From: Patescibacteria group bacterium
Lineage (GTDB): Bacteria; Patescibacteriota; Doudnabacteria; UBA920
Assembly (NCBI GenBank): GCA_036726225.1
Contig: DAIMCS010000002.1
Span: 123,743 to 187,742 of the forward strand
Direction of reading: 5' to 3'
Length of the DNA stretch: 64,000 nt
Part shown: in pieces, positions 18,703 to 28,540 of the stretch
Numbering within the stretch: the first letter of the stretch is position 1
Layout: each line of letters starts with the position of its first letter
Translations under genes and position numbers: made by a program
The notes under the pieces: generated by a model
Database searches by the model: none
What the model saw: only the letters and a program-made list of their open reading frames with translations
Told to the model about the DNA's origin: nothing

Positions 18703-20502
18703 ATGCCAAAAATAACTGCTCAAGAACTTAGGGAAAAGTATTTAAATTTCTTTAAGTCTAAAAACCATACTATTATTCCTTCGGCGTCTTTGGTGCCGGG
18801 GTCAGAAACGTCCGCGCTTTTTACCATGGCCGGTATGTTCCCTTTAGTGCCCTATCTTTTGGGAGAAAAACATCCCGGGGGGAGCAGGGTTACCAATGTG
18901 CAAAAATGTATACGCACTATAGATATTGATGACGTAGGTGACAACACGCACGGAACTTTTTTTGAAATGATGGGCAATTGGAGCTTTGGTGATTATTTTA
19001 AAAAAGAAGCCATTGAGTGGAGCTTTGAATTTTTAACTAACAAAGAAACCGGTCTGGGTTTGCCTATTGAGCGATTGGGTTTTTCGGTTTTTGCCGGGGA
19101 TGGAGACGCGCCATTTGACGAAGAGTCGGAAAAGATTTGGCTGTCTTTAGGTGTTCCCAAAGAACGCATTGCGCGGCTTCCTAAAGAAGACAACTGGTGG
19201 ATAGCAGGGGAAACCGGCCCCTGTGGCCCCGACACCGAAATGTTTTACTGGATAGACGACGGCACTCCGGCGCCATCCAAGTTTGAAGGCAATGCTAAAG
19301 ACAAAAGATGGGTTGAAATTTGGAATGATGTCTTTATGCAGTACAACAAACTGCAGGACGGCAAACTCGTCCCGCTTCAAAACCCAAACGTAGACACGGG
19401 TATGGGTTTGGACAGGACTTTGGCGGTTTTAAACGGACAGACATCGGCTTACGATACAGAGCTATATAAAGGCATGTGGGAGGTTTTGGCCCTAGACCAG
19501 GACATTATGACTAACGATGAAGTCCGCAAGGGTAGAATTGTGCTGGACCATGTTCGAGCTTCTGTATTTATAGCAGGGGACGGGGTTGAGCCTTCCAACA
19601 AAGACCGCGGTTATGTTTTGCGAAGGTTACTTCGCCGAGCAATGGTTATGGGAAGGTTGCTGAACTTGAAGCACCATTGGCTTGAGGCTTTAGTTGGAAA
19701 AGTTGTGGCTGAATATTCAGAGGCGTATCCTGATTTAATGGATAAATCTGAAAATATTTTTGAAGTTTTAGACAAAGAAAAAAATAAATTTGAAGTCACT
19801 TTGGAAAAGGGGTTAAAAGAGTTAGGCAAATTGGTGCAATCCGACAGTCACGTAAAACAACATCCGTTAACCGGTAAGCACGCTTTTGATTTATACCAGA
19901 CTTATGGTTTCCCCTGGGAGCTTACAAAAGAAATGGGGGAGCAGTTTGGGCAAAAGATAGACAAGAAAGAATTTGAGGAGGAATTTAAAAAGCACCAGGA
20001 ATTGTCCAGGACTTCTTCTGCCGGTATGTTTAAAGGCGGACTGGTTGACTTGGAACCAAAAACCATAAGACATCACACTGCGCACCATCTTTTACTTGCG
20101 GCACTGCGGCAGGTTTTAGGCGACCATGTTTTCCAGCGCGGTTCCAATGTTTCGTCAGAAAGATTGAGAATAGATTTTTCGCATGGTGAAAAAATGACGC
20201 CCGAGCAAATTAAACAGGTGGAAGAAATTGTAAACCAAAAAATAGAAGAAGACCTAAAAGTTGAAAGAAAAGAAATGGCAAAAACCGAAGCGGAAAAATT
20301 AGGCGCGCTAGCAGAGTTTGGTGCTAAGTACGGTGATACGGTTAGTGTTTATTCAATTTACGAAAATGACGGCACGGCTTTTTCCCGTGAATTTTGCGGC
20401 GGCCCGCACGTGGAGCACACGGCAGTAATAGGTAAATTCAAAATTATAAAAGAGGAAGCATCCAGCGCAGGGGTGAGAAGAATTAAAGCAAGTGTAGAAT
20501 AA
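18703..20502 (+). CDS. alaS: Alanine--tRNA ligase, short form (catalytic and editing domains; no long C-terminal domain)
   Basis: Class II AlaRS N-terminus (FTMAGMFPLVPYLLG, FEMMGNWSFGDYFK). Editing-domain motifs HHTAHHLL and CGGPHV. Confidence 0.85.
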   Translation: MPKITAQELREKYLNFFKSKNHTIIPSASLVPGSETSALFTMAGMFPLVPYLLGEKHPGGSRVTNVQKCIRTIDIDDVGDNTHGTFFEMMGNWSFGDYFKKEAIEWSFEFLTNKETGLGLPIERLGFSVFAGDGDAPFDEESEKIWLSLGVPKERIARLPKEDNWWIAGETGPCGPDTEMFYWIDDGTPAPSKFEGNAKDKRWVEIWNDVFMQYNKLQDGKLVPLQNPNVDTGMGLDRTLAVLNGQTSAYDTELYKGMWEVLALDQDIMTNDEVRKGRIVLDHVRASVFIAGDGVEPSNKDRGYVLRRLLRRAMVMGRLLNLKHHWLEALVGKVVAEYSEAYPDLMDKSENIFEVLDKEKNKFEVTLEKGLKELGKLVQSDSHVKQHPLTGKHAFDLYQTYGFPWELTKEMGEQFGQKIDKKEFEEEFKKHQELSRTSSAGMFKGGLVDLEPKTIRHHTAHHLLLAALRQVLGDHVFQRGSNVSSERLRIDFSHGEKMTPEQIKQVEEIVNQKIEEDLKVERKEMAKTEAEKLGALAEFGAKYGDTVSVYSIYENDGTAFSREFCGGPHVEHTAVIGKFKIIKEEASSAGVRRIKASVE

Positions 20503-20510
20503 GGATAAAT

Positions 20511-21212
20511 ATGAGTGAAAGATTATCTATTGAACTCGAGCCAATATCTGGGCGAAAGCCTCATATAATTGAAATAAAAGAGGAGCAGCCAATAATGGGA
20601 CAGGGGCTTGAACCTAAAGTTAAAGTGAGAGCCGAGACTTCATTTGGTAAAAAAAGGTTATTTAGAAAGAGAAAAAGGAAAGAAGTCAATTTTGTTGAAA
20701 GAAAGTTAAATTCTCTGGATTCAGATGATTATATTGCTAAATGGAAACAGTTCAGCGAGGCTGGTTTACCCGTAGTGTCCACATTAAGAAAAAGCTCTAG
20801 AGATTCTTTATTTCAAACAGACCTAAAAAGTGATGGAACCGAATTGTATGGGAAAGCTTTTTGGTATCTAATTTATTCTAAGTCGGAATTTAGACTAAGA
20901 CCGGTCGATAAAATATTTTTAAACTTAACTGATACCAATAACTTTCAAAAAATTGCTGAAAAAGTATTCATGTATAAAGATTTAGCAGATAAAAATGGAA
21001 TTTTGCTCCCATACGATGACCCTTTTGAGTTAATAGTACATCCTGATGGGAAGTGGGATTTTGTAATAATAGATTTGAGATTTGGCGAGAAGTTAGAAGC
21101 AGGCAGTGGAGAAAGTCGGAGGAATGAAATAGTTGAAAAAAATTCGAGATTCGTTGGAAATTTTCTGGATCAGTTAAAATATATTAGGGTAGCTCTTTTA
21201 GAAAAAATATGA
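20511..21212 (+). CDS. Hypothetical protein (233 aa)
   Basis: Long ORF in operon arrangement with alaS and pgi; no motif recognised. Confidence 0.55.
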   Translation: MSERLSIELEPISGRKPHIIEIKEEQPIMGQGLEPKVKVRAETSFGKKRLFRKRKRKEVNFVERKLNSLDSDDYIAKWKQFSEAGLPVVSTLRKSSRDSLFQTDLKSDGTELYGKAFWYLIYSKSEFRLRPVDKIFLNLTDTNNFQKIAEKVFMYKDLADKNGILLPYDDPFELIVHPDGKWDFVIIDLRFGEKLEAGSGESRRNEIVEKNSRFVGNFLDQLKYIRVALLEKI

Positions 21213-22396
21213 AACTTGAATTTTACAATTGTCCTCAACCCGAAAATATGGATTCCCGCCTGCGCGGGAATGGGGTTTCGATTTTGCCTGAAGCGCCGGA
21301 GTTTTTAACGTACAAACCGGATTTTGAAGGTATGAAAAAGATTGCGGATGGCTATGCTAATTATCAAAACATCCTAATTCTTGCGCACGGAGGCAGCCTT
21401 ACATCTTTTTATGGTTTTTATAATGCATTCTTAGAGCAAACCAAGAAGAAGGTTTATTTTTTAAACACAGTTGACCCGGATTATATTTTTGAGCTCAAGC
21501 AAAAGCTTATGCCGACAAACACGGTTGTGGTTGCAATTAGCAAGTCAGGAGAAAACACAACCCAACTCGAAATGTTAATGCAGTTTTTAGACTACCCGCT
21601 CATTATAGTTACCGGTAAAAGCAGTCCGCTTAGGGCAGTGGGGGAAAAAATAGGCGCAAAAATTGTAACTCACCCCCCAATTGGCGGCCGCTATACCGGC
21701 TTTACCGAAGTTGCGTTGCTGCCGGCTGCTATGTGCGGTCTGGACGTGCGCGGGTTTGAGGAAGGCGCGAAAGAATTTTATAAATTCTACCAAAAAGACA
21801 ATTTAGCCTGGAAAGCCGCGTCGGTTTTGTACCAGCTGGAGCAAAAAGGTTATGTAGATGTGTTTATGCCTTTTTACACGCATTATCTATTTTTTATGAG
21901 CAATATAATTGTCCAGCTTTGCCATGAGTCGTTTGGAAAGGAGGGGAAAGGCCAGACCTATTTTGCCCACGAGGCGCCCGAGTCCCAGCACCATACCAAT
22001 CAGAGGTTCTTTGGCGGACCCAAAAATATTTGCGGATTTTTTATTGGCGTGGAAAATTTTAACCATCCAACCCAAAATAATTTTCCTCTAGGCACACATA
22101 GCGTACAGCTAAAAGGCCATTCCCTTTTTGACATAAATAAAATTCCGTTGGAAAAGGCTTTGGAGTTTGAGCTGCAAGGCACAATGGAGGACGCCCGTAT
22201 TTACGGCATTCCTTTAATTCGTCTTTCCGTAACCAGTTTTACTGCTTTTGAAATTGGCCAGTTTTTGGCTTTTTGGCAGCTGTTTGCTGTCTACTCATCT
22301 GTGCTAAGGGGAGTGGACCCTTTTGACCAGCCGCAGGTGGAAAACAGCAAGAACATTAGCTTTAATAAAAGGCTAGGATATAAGGGGCTGCTTTAA
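21209..22396 (+). CDS. pgi: Glucose-6-phosphate isomerase, short SIS-domain type
   Basis: SIS/PGI motif VVAISKSGENTTQLE; 395 aa. Confidence 0.7.
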   Translation: MKLEFYNCPQPENMDSRLRGNGVSILPEAPEFLTYKPDFEGMKKIADGYANYQNILILAHGGSLTSFYGFYNAFLEQTKKKVYFLNTVDPDYIFELKQKLMPTNTVVVAISKSGENTTQLEMLMQFLDYPLIIVTGKSSPLRAVGEKIGAKIVTHPPIGGRYTGFTEVALLPAAMCGLDVRGFEEGAKEFYKFYQKDNLAWKAASVLYQLEQKGYVDVFMPFYTHYLFFMSNIIVQLCHESFGKEGKGQTYFAHEAPESQHHTNQRFFGGPKNICGFFIGVENFNHPTQNNFPLGTHSVQLKGHSLFDINKIPLEKALEFELQGTMEDARIYGIPLIRLSVTSFTAFEIGQFLAFWQLFAVYSSVLRGVDPFDQPQVENSKNISFNKRLGYKGLL

Positions 22397-22406
22397 TGCT
22401 GGAATT

Positions 22407-22482
22407 CGTATAAGGTATTAGGTATAATGTATAAAGTATAAGGCATCAGACCCCCTTATACTTTATACGGCATACCTTATAC
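22407..22482. repeat. ~76-bp imperfect palindromic element; its left arm (30 nt) recurs in frame inside pepN at 46371-46400
   Basis: cgtataaggtattaggtataatgtataaagtataagg ... ccttatactttatacggcataccttatac. Confidence 0.8.
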
Positions 22483-22489
22483 TTTCTAA

Positions 22490-24181
22490 ATGACCATACC
22501 CAGCATTTACATAAACCTTGAGGACGATGTAAGCAAAATTGTCCAAAGAATAAACCGGGAGAGATCTCCCAGTCTTATTTTAGTTTGCCCAAAACGCTGT
22601 TTTTTGTTTTCCGACAGCATTAACCTGAAGCTTTTAAAAAAGCAGACAGATGCATTAGGCAAAGAAATTTTTGTGCTGACTATGGATGAAAAGGGCCAGG
22701 CTTACGCCCAGGAAGCCGGTTTTCAGTTAAAGTTTTTGCCGAAAATGAATGCCAATAAGGCGATTTCCGATATCCGCGTGGCTAAAAAATCCAGCCCTGA
22801 AGAGCAGGCGGAAGCAGCAAAAGTAGAAGGAGTGTTGGCAAGCACTGTAAAAGAAGTGCAAGAAGTTGTAAAAAGATTTGTGCCGGCTTCGGTTTTAAAG
22901 TCGGAAAATATGGAAGCTGACCAGGAACCCGTTACTCCAATATTGTCCGACACCTATTACCCCCAAGAGAGCCAGGCGGTTTTAAAAAAACCTGCCAAAA
23001 AATCCCATATTAATAAATTTATTATTGCAACAGTCACAGTCTCTTTAATTGTTATTTTACTTTTGGTATTTGTAATTTTGCCAAAAGCCACGGTAATTGT
23101 TTACGCTCGAAGCGAGCCGCTTACCCGGGATTTTTTGGAAATAAGTTTGAGCCCGAACGTTAAGGCAATAGATTACGCAAAACTTTCGTTGCCCGCAGAA
23201 AAAATAGAGACAGATGTTTTTGCATTAGACGATTTTCAAAGCCAGGGCAAAAAGCAAGTTGGCAACAGAGCAGCCGGAACAATAAAAATTTATAATTTTA
23301 CCAAGGTGCCCATTAATTTAAAAGCTTCTACTACGAGCTTTGTTTTAGGCGGCAAGATTTATAACCTGCTCTCGGACGTTTCGGGCCTTAAACCCACAAC
23401 TTATAAAAACGCCCAAACCAAGGAAGTCAACGAGGGTTCTTTGGGTGAGCCTTTCCAAATAATTGCCGCACAGGGAGGCGAAGATTATAATTTGCCTGCC
23501 GGCACGCGTTTGGAAATTACCAACGAAGTTTTTGGCAGCCAGCCGCAGCTTTTATACGCCAAAACTGAGAGCGAACTTACGGGGGGCACAACCCGTTATC
23601 TTTCTGTAATTTCCGCTGAAGACGAAGCAGAGGCAAAAGAAGCTTTGCTGGAATTATCTTTAAAGGAGTTTAGGTCCAAACTTGCCGCCGAAGGCAAAGT
23701 TTTAGCAGACAAAGCTTTTGCCACAGACAGTTTAGATTTTAAATTAAGCAATCCGGTCGGCACTGAAACCCCAAGTTTTGATGCGAGCATTAAAGCAAAG
23801 GTTTCGGGCTTGGTTTTTAAAGGCGAAGATTTAAAAAAATTAATTTTCGGCAGAATAGAAGAAACTTTAGCTTCCAATAAGACTTTGCGCGCAAAGAATC
23901 CTGACAAAACGGTTTACAGGATAAAAAGCTTAGATTTGAATAACCAGGTGGCAGTTATGGAAGCGCATTTTGAGGGCGAAGCGGTTTATAATTTAAATTT
24001 GCCTTACATTGCGCCTGAACTGGTGGGCAAAACCCAAAACGAAGTTTATGAAATACTTCGCTCCAAAGCGGAAATAGACAAGGTGGATATTATTTTAGCC
24101 CCCTCCTGGCAGAAAAATTTCCCGTATTTTGCTAAGCAAATTGAGGTAAAAGTGGCAACAGAGAATTTGGTTGGTAATTAA
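22490..24181 (+). CDS. Hypothetical bitopic membrane protein (563 aa)
   Basis: Single TM helix (FIIATVTVSLIVILLLVFVIL) between cytoplasmic and extracytoplasmic domains; no motif recognised. Confidence 0.55.
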   Translation: MTIPSIYINLEDDVSKIVQRINRERSPSLILVCPKRCFLFSDSINLKLLKKQTDALGKEIFVLTMDEKGQAYAQEAGFQLKFLPKMNANKAISDIRVAKKSSPEEQAEAAKVEGVLASTVKEVQEVVKRFVPASVLKSENMEADQEPVTPILSDTYYPQESQAVLKKPAKKSHINKFIIATVTVSLIVILLLVFVILPKATVIVYARSEPLTRDFLEISLSPNVKAIDYAKLSLPAEKIETDVFALDDFQSQGKKQVGNRAAGTIKIYNFTKVPINLKASTTSFVLGGKIYNLLSDVSGLKPTTYKNAQTKEVNEGSLGEPFQIIAAQGGEDYNLPAGTRLEITNEVFGSQPQLLYAKTESELTGGTTRYLSVISAEDEAEAKEALLELSLKEFRSKLAAEGKVLADKAFATDSLDFKLSNPVGTETPSFDASIKAKVSGLVFKGEDLKKLIFGRIEETLASNKTLRAKNPDKTVYRIKSLDLNNQVAVMEAHFEGEAVYNLNLPYIAPELVGKTQNEVYEILRSKAEIDKVDIILAPSWQKNFPYFAKQIEVKVATENLVGN

Positions 24182-24295
24182 GCTTTTATTTAAGCCAAGT
24201 TTTTGAATTGGCGATTTTTTGGTATTCTTATTGACATAAGCCGGGGGCTTATGTTAGAATAGCCAAGATAAAACATCTAAAATTTATTTAACAGT

Positions 24296-24550
24296 TTGTC
24301 AAACGGAATTCAAGACTTAGGGAAGTCTGGTACAAATAAAAAGGAAGTAATTGAACTCGAGGGTAAAGTCGTTGAGAATTTACCTAATGCTATTTTTCGT
24401 GTGCAATTAGACAGCGGACAAACGGTTATCGGCCACCTTGCCGGCAAAATGCGGGTGAATATGATTAAAGTTATGCCCGGAGACAGGGTGGTAATTGAAA
24501 TGACTCCTTACGATTTAAGCAAAGGACGCATTACTCGCAGAATGAGGTAG
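24296..24550 (+). CDS. infA: Translation initiation factor IF-1 (S1-like OB fold); start codon uncertain (TTG at 24296 or internal)
   Basis: [62 protein letters not shown] matches IF-1. Promoter TTGACA-N17-TAGAAT at about 24228-24258. Confidence 0.85.
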   Translation: MSNGIQDLGKSGTNKKEVIELEGKVVENLPNAIFRVQLDSGQTVIGHLAGKMRVNMIKVMPGDRVVIEMTPYDLSKGRITRRMR

Positions 24551-24630
24551 GACGGTTTAACCGCAAATAAGTATATAAGCCAGTAAACAACTTACTCACT
24601 TATTTACTTACTCACTTATTTACTTATTTT

Positions 24631-24744
24631 ATGAAAGTTAGAGCTTCAGTAAAACCTATGTGCAAGAAATGCAAAATCGTCAGACGGTTCGGACGCGTTT
24701 ATATTATTTGTTCCAATCCTAAACATAAGCAGCGACAAGGATAA
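24631..24744 (+). CDS. rpmJ: 50S ribosomal protein L36 (37 aa; not in ORF track because it is below the 60-aa cut-off)
   Basis: Translation [37 protein letters not shown], a textbook L36 with zinc-ribbon Cys/His. Confidence 0.9.
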   Translation: MKVRASVKPMCKKCKIVRRFGRVYIICSNPKHKQRQG

Positions 24745-24747
24745 TTA

Positions 24748-24844
24748 ATTGACCAAGATTAAGTAAGATTTAAAAGATTGAACAAGAATGTAATGGCAAT
24801 CATGTCAATCTTGGTCAATCCTGATCAATCATTTAAATTCACCT
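24748..24844 (+). repeat. Intergenic repeat-family element abutting the rpsM start (copy B)
   Basis: Nearly identical to 25790-25907 except for the 20-bp palindrome insertion in that copy. The 3' 45 nt (aatcatgtcaatcttggtcaatcctgatcaatcatttaaattca) are identical in both. Confidence 0.85.
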
Positions 24845-25234
24845 ATGGCTAGAATTGCCGGGATAAATCTTCCCAACGAAAAAAGAATAGAAGCAGCCTT
24901 GCCCTACATCTACGGTGTAGGTTTAAGTTTGTCAAAAAAAATTCTGGCGGAAACCAGCGTTGATCCTAATAAAAGAACAAAAGATTTATCTGAACCCGAA
25001 CTTAACAGAATTAGGGAATATATAGAAAAAAGCTTTAAGGTAGAAGGGGAATTGCGACAGCAAATTTTGCTCAACATAAAACGCCTTAAAGAAATTGGGT
25101 CTTACCGAGGGGTCAGGCACATTAAAGGCCTGCCGGTCAGAGGACAAAGAACCAAAACCAATTCCCGTACCCGAAGAGGTAACGTTAGAAAAACCGCAGG
25201 CTCGGGTAGAAAGAACGCGGCGGAAAAAACCTAG
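24845..25234 (+). CDS. rpsM: 30S ribosomal protein S13
   Basis: [26 protein letters not shown]... Confidence 0.92.
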   Translation: MARIAGINLPNEKRIEAALPYIYGVGLSLSKKILAETSVDPNKRTKDLSEPELNRIREYIEKSFKVEGELRQQILLNIKRLKEIGSYRGVRHIKGLPVRGQRTKTNSRTRRGNVRKTAGSGRKNAAEKT

Positions 25235-25315
25235 CGCTTCCGGCGCAGTAAAAAGTGACAAGTTGAAAGTAAAAAGTACTTTTAACTTTACACTTTCAAC
25301 TTTTAACTATATTTT

Positions 25316-25786
25316 ATGGCTGAAGAAAATATTACAACCGAAGAGGTAACCCAAGAAACTCCGGCAACTGCCGAAGCTGTTTCTCCTGTGGTTGAGGCTT
25401 CTGCAAAAATTAAGTCCAAGAAAAAGAAAAGCAAAGCCAAAATTACCAAAGGCAAAATTTACATTAACTCCACTTATAACAACACAATTGTCAGCCTTAC
25501 AGATATGGTTGGAAATGTACTTGTTTGGAGCTCGGCCGGTAAAATTGGTTTTAAAGGTTCAAAGAAATCCACTCCGTACGCCGGACAAAGAACCATGGAA
25601 GACGTGCTTGCCAAACTTCGTGAACGCGGACTTTCGGAGCTCGATGTTTTAATTAAAGGTATTGGCTCAGGCAGAGAATCTGCTATTAGGGCGCTTCAAG
25701 GCAGCGGATTAAATATTTTGTCTATTAAAGACCAGACCCCAATTCCTCACGGTGGCGTAAGGCCAAAGAAACCGAGACGAGTGTAA
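25316..25786 (+). CDS. rpsK: 30S ribosomal protein S11 with Lys/Ala-rich N-terminal extension
   Basis: IYINSTYNNTIVSLTDMVGNVLVWSSAGKIGFKGSKKSTPYAGQ. Confidence 0.92.
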   Translation: MAEENITTEEVTQETPATAEAVSPVVEASAKIKSKKKKSKAKITKGKIYINSTYNNTIVSLTDMVGNVLVWSSAGKIGFKGSKKSTPYAGQRTMEDVLAKLRERGLSELDVLIKGIGSGRESAIRALQGSGLNILSIKDQTPIPHGGVRPKKPRRV

Positions 25787-25789
25787 GTT

Positions 25790-25907
25790 AATTGAACAAG
25801 ATTAAGTAAGATTTACCTGCCTGCCGGCAGGCAGGAATGATTGAACAAGAGTGTACAGACAATCATGTCAATCTTGGTCAATCCTGATCAATCATTTAAA
25901 TTCATTT
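25790..25907 (+). repeat. Intergenic repeat-family element abutting the rpsD start (copy C), carrying a nested CCTGCCTGCCGGCAGGCAGG palindrome at 25816-25835
   Basis: Alignment by eye to copy B shows a clean 20-bp insertion. Confidence 0.85.
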
Positions 25908-26516
25908 ATGCGTTATACAGGTCCAAAAGTAAAAAAAGCAAGACGCCTGGGGATGGCTTTTACCCCCAAAGACGTAAAAATCCTCCAAAAGAGGAATTTT
26001 GCGCCTGGCCAGCACGGCCAAAACCGCAGCCGTCTTTCTGAATACGGAACCCAGCTCAAAGAAAAGCAGAAAGCTAAAGTGGCTTATGGAATAATGGAAC
26101 GCCAGTTCGAAATTTATTTTAACAAAGCTTTAAAGCAAACGGGAGTTACCGGTGACAACTTGCTCAAACTTTTGGAGCACCGGTTAGATAACATTGTTTT
26201 CCGTTTAGGTTTTGCTGAAACCCGCGCCCAGGCCAGACAGTTAGTTAACCACGGTTTTTTTGAAGTTAACGGCAAGCGCGTAGACATCCCTTCTTTTTCT
26301 GTTAAAGTCGGTGACATTGTTTCCGTCAGGCCGGTTAAACAGAAGAAAGCTTATATTGAAAAGATTAAAGAGAAGTTAAAGAATTTTAAAACTTTAGACT
26401 GGCTGCAATTAAACCCCGGTGAATTTAAAGGTAAAATTGTAAGCAGCCCGGAAGTCGAATCTTTGGGCTCCGAAATTAACACTCAGCTTATTGTTGAGCA
26501 TTATAGTAGGACATAA
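25908..26516 (+). CDS. rpsD: 30S ribosomal protein S4 (ORF track starts at an upstream in-frame M inside the repeat; true start MRYTGPK)
   Basis: MRYTGPKVKKARRLG...LDNIVFRLGFAETRAQARQLVNHG. Confidence 0.9.
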   Translation: MRYTGPKVKKARRLGMAFTPKDVKILQKRNFAPGQHGQNRSRLSEYGTQLKEKQKAKVAYGIMERQFEIYFNKALKQTGVTGDNLLKLLEHRLDNIVFRLGFAETRAQARQLVNHGFFEVNGKRVDIPSFSVKVGDIVSVRPVKQKKAYIEKIKEKLKNFKTLDWLQLNPGEFKGKIVSSPEVESLGSEINTQLIVEHYSRT

Positions 26517-26646
26517 ATTCGAAGTAAGAAATTCGAAATCCGAAAAATACAGAATTTCAAAAATTTAAATATTTATACATTAGAATTTAATAAGTGTTTC
26601 GAATTTCGATATTCGAATTTCGATATTAATTTGGAGGTCAAATTTT

Positions 26647-27585
26647 ATGGAAGCTATACCACTGCCAAATCGCGTTAAAGTTAGCGACCTTGGCAACAAC
26701 AAATACAGTCTGGTACTTGAGCCGCTATACCCCGGCTACGGTGTTACTATTGGTAATGCCATGCGCAGAGTATTTCTTTCCTCTATGCCTGGCGCTGCCG
26801 TAACCGCTGTCAAAATAAAATTCGTTGACCACGAATTTTCCACCATCCCGAACGTGAAGGAAGATGTTATCCAAATAATTTTGAACTTAAAACAGTTAAG
26901 GGTAAAAAGTTTTAGCGCAGAGCCCGTTAAATTGAGCCTGAAAGTTAAAGGTGAAAAAGTTGTTACTGCTGCGGACATTAAAGAAACCGACCAGGTCCAG
27001 GTTATAAGCAAAGAGTTGCATATTGCCACTTTGGACAACAAAAATTCCGAATTAGATATGGAATTAACAATTGAACAGGGCAGGGGATATGTGCCGGTGG
27101 AAGCCAGGGAGAACCAAAAACAGGAAGTCGGAGTAATTGCCATAGATGCAATATACACCCCGGTAAAGTCCGTGCACTTCGATGTCTCCAATGTGCGTGT
27201 CGGGCAGTTAACTAACTTTGACAAGCTGGAAATAGTTTTGGAAACCGACGGTTCGCTTTCCGGCCAGGAAGCTATGGATATTTGCGCTCATATTTTGGTT
27301 GACCACTTTACTATGATGTTTGGCGGAGATTTTGCCAAAGTTGAAAGTCCGGTTGTGGAAATGCAGACTGCAGAAGCCGCTGAAGCTATGGAAGCAATGA
27401 GCGAGCCTGCGGGTGAAAATGAAATCCAGGCCTCCATTCTTTCAACCAGGGCAAAAAATGCATTGGTTAAAAATGGCATTACCACTATGGCCCAACTTTC
27501 GGCTTTAACAGATGACCAAATTTCCAACCTTAGCGGACTTGGTGAAAAGACCATTACAGAAATTAAGGATTTTTTGAAAAGATAA
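26647..27585 (+). CDS. rpoA: DNA-directed RNA polymerase subunit alpha
   Basis: LEPLYPGYGVTIGNAMRRVLLSS-type N-terminal domain; C-terminal domain with ...LSTRAKNAL...; GGAGG SD upstream. Confidence 0.92.
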   Translation: MEAIPLPNRVKVSDLGNNKYSLVLEPLYPGYGVTIGNAMRRVFLSSMPGAAVTAVKIKFVDHEFSTIPNVKEDVIQIILNLKQLRVKSFSAEPVKLSLKVKGEKVVTAADIKETDQVQVISKELHIATLDNKNSELDMELTIEQGRGYVPVEARENQKQEVGVIAIDAIYTPVKSVHFDVSNVRVGQLTNFDKLEIVLETDGSLSGQEAMDICAHILVDHFTMMFGGDFAKVESPVVEMQTAEAAEAMEAMSEPAGENEIQASILSTRAKNALVKNGITTMAQLSALTDDQISNLSGLGEKTITEIKDFLKR

Positions 27586-27666
27586 CAGATACACACTAAT
27601 TGAATCAGCGGATGAACACGGATCAGTGTTAATCCGTAAATATCAGCGTTTATTAGTTTTACTTAT

Positions 27667-28011
27667 ATGAGGCATCAAAAGAAGAAAAAAATTGGTAAGG
27701 GTATGGATCACCGCAGGAAGCTGCTTCGCACTTTGGCTTCTTCGCTTGTTTTGTATGAAAAAATCCAGACCAATTACGCCAACGGTAAAGCTGCTAAATC
27801 TTACGTTGAAAAAGCCATTACTATTTCTAAAGTTAACTCATTGCATAGCCGCAGGCTTTTGCTTTCTAAGCTTTCGCCCATGGCTGCAAAAAAAGCTCTG
27901 GAAGTTTTAGGGCCTAAATACCAAGAGCGAAAAGGTGGCTATACACGTTTAATTAAACTTAATAATCCCAAAGCGGGAGCTTCTAAGGTAATTTTAGAAT
28001 TAGTAGAATAA
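27667..28011 (+). CDS. rplQ: 50S ribosomal protein L17
   Basis: MRHQKKKKIGKGMDHRRKLLRTLASSL... Confidence 0.9.
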   Translation: MRHQKKKKIGKGMDHRRKLLRTLASSLVLYEKIQTNYANGKAAKSYVEKAITISKVNSLHSRRLLLSKLSPMAAKKALEVLGPKYQERKGGYTRLIKLNNPKAGASKVILELVE

Positions 28012-28063
28012 TAGATTCAGCGTGTTATCAGCTTACTAATCCGCGATAATTCAGCGATTTAAT

Positions 28064-28486
28064 ATGAAATCTCAAATCACTACATTAGCAAATAAAGTCA
28101 GCCGCAAATGGCATCAAGTAGATGTTTCTAAAGAGCCAATGGGCCGCGTGGCAACACATATTGCCAATCTTTTGCGTGGTAAGCATAAGAGAGATTTTAC
28201 CCCGCACGTGGATATGGGCGACTACGTTATTGCCATTAATGCCGGGCATTTAAAACTCACGGGGCGAAAAGTTGCGCAAAAAAAATATTACAGACATTCG
28301 GGATACTTAGGGGGAATTAAATCTACCGCTTTAAAAGATTTAATTATAAAAAACCCGGAAGACGTGCTTAAGCGAGCAGTATTTTCTATGATAGACGATT
28401 TGAAATTTAGGAAGCAAATTATGTCACGTTTAAAAATTGTTAAAGGCGACAAGCACGATTATAAAGTGACAAACAATAATTCATAA
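28064..28486 (+). CDS. rplM: 50S ribosomal protein L13
   Basis: WHQVDVSKEPMGRVATHIANLLRGKHKRDFTPHVDMGDYVIAINA. Confidence 0.9.
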   Translation: MKSQITTLANKVSRKWHQVDVSKEPMGRVATHIANLLRGKHKRDFTPHVDMGDYVIAINAGHLKLTGRKVAQKKYYRHSGYLGGIKSTALKDLIIKNPEDVLKRAVFSMIDDLKFRKQIMSRLKIVKGDKHDYKVTNNNS

Positions 28487-28540
28487 AATAGTTGTCATCC
28501 CGAGCGACCGAAGGGAGTCGAGGGATCTCATCCAAGCATT

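Noticed and set aside
25392-25652. 86-aa ORF overlapping rpsK in another frame; 25095-25349 overlapping the rpsM 3' end
   Set aside because: Out-of-frame overlap with highly conserved ribosomal protein genes. The K-rich translation reflects the A-rich sequence.
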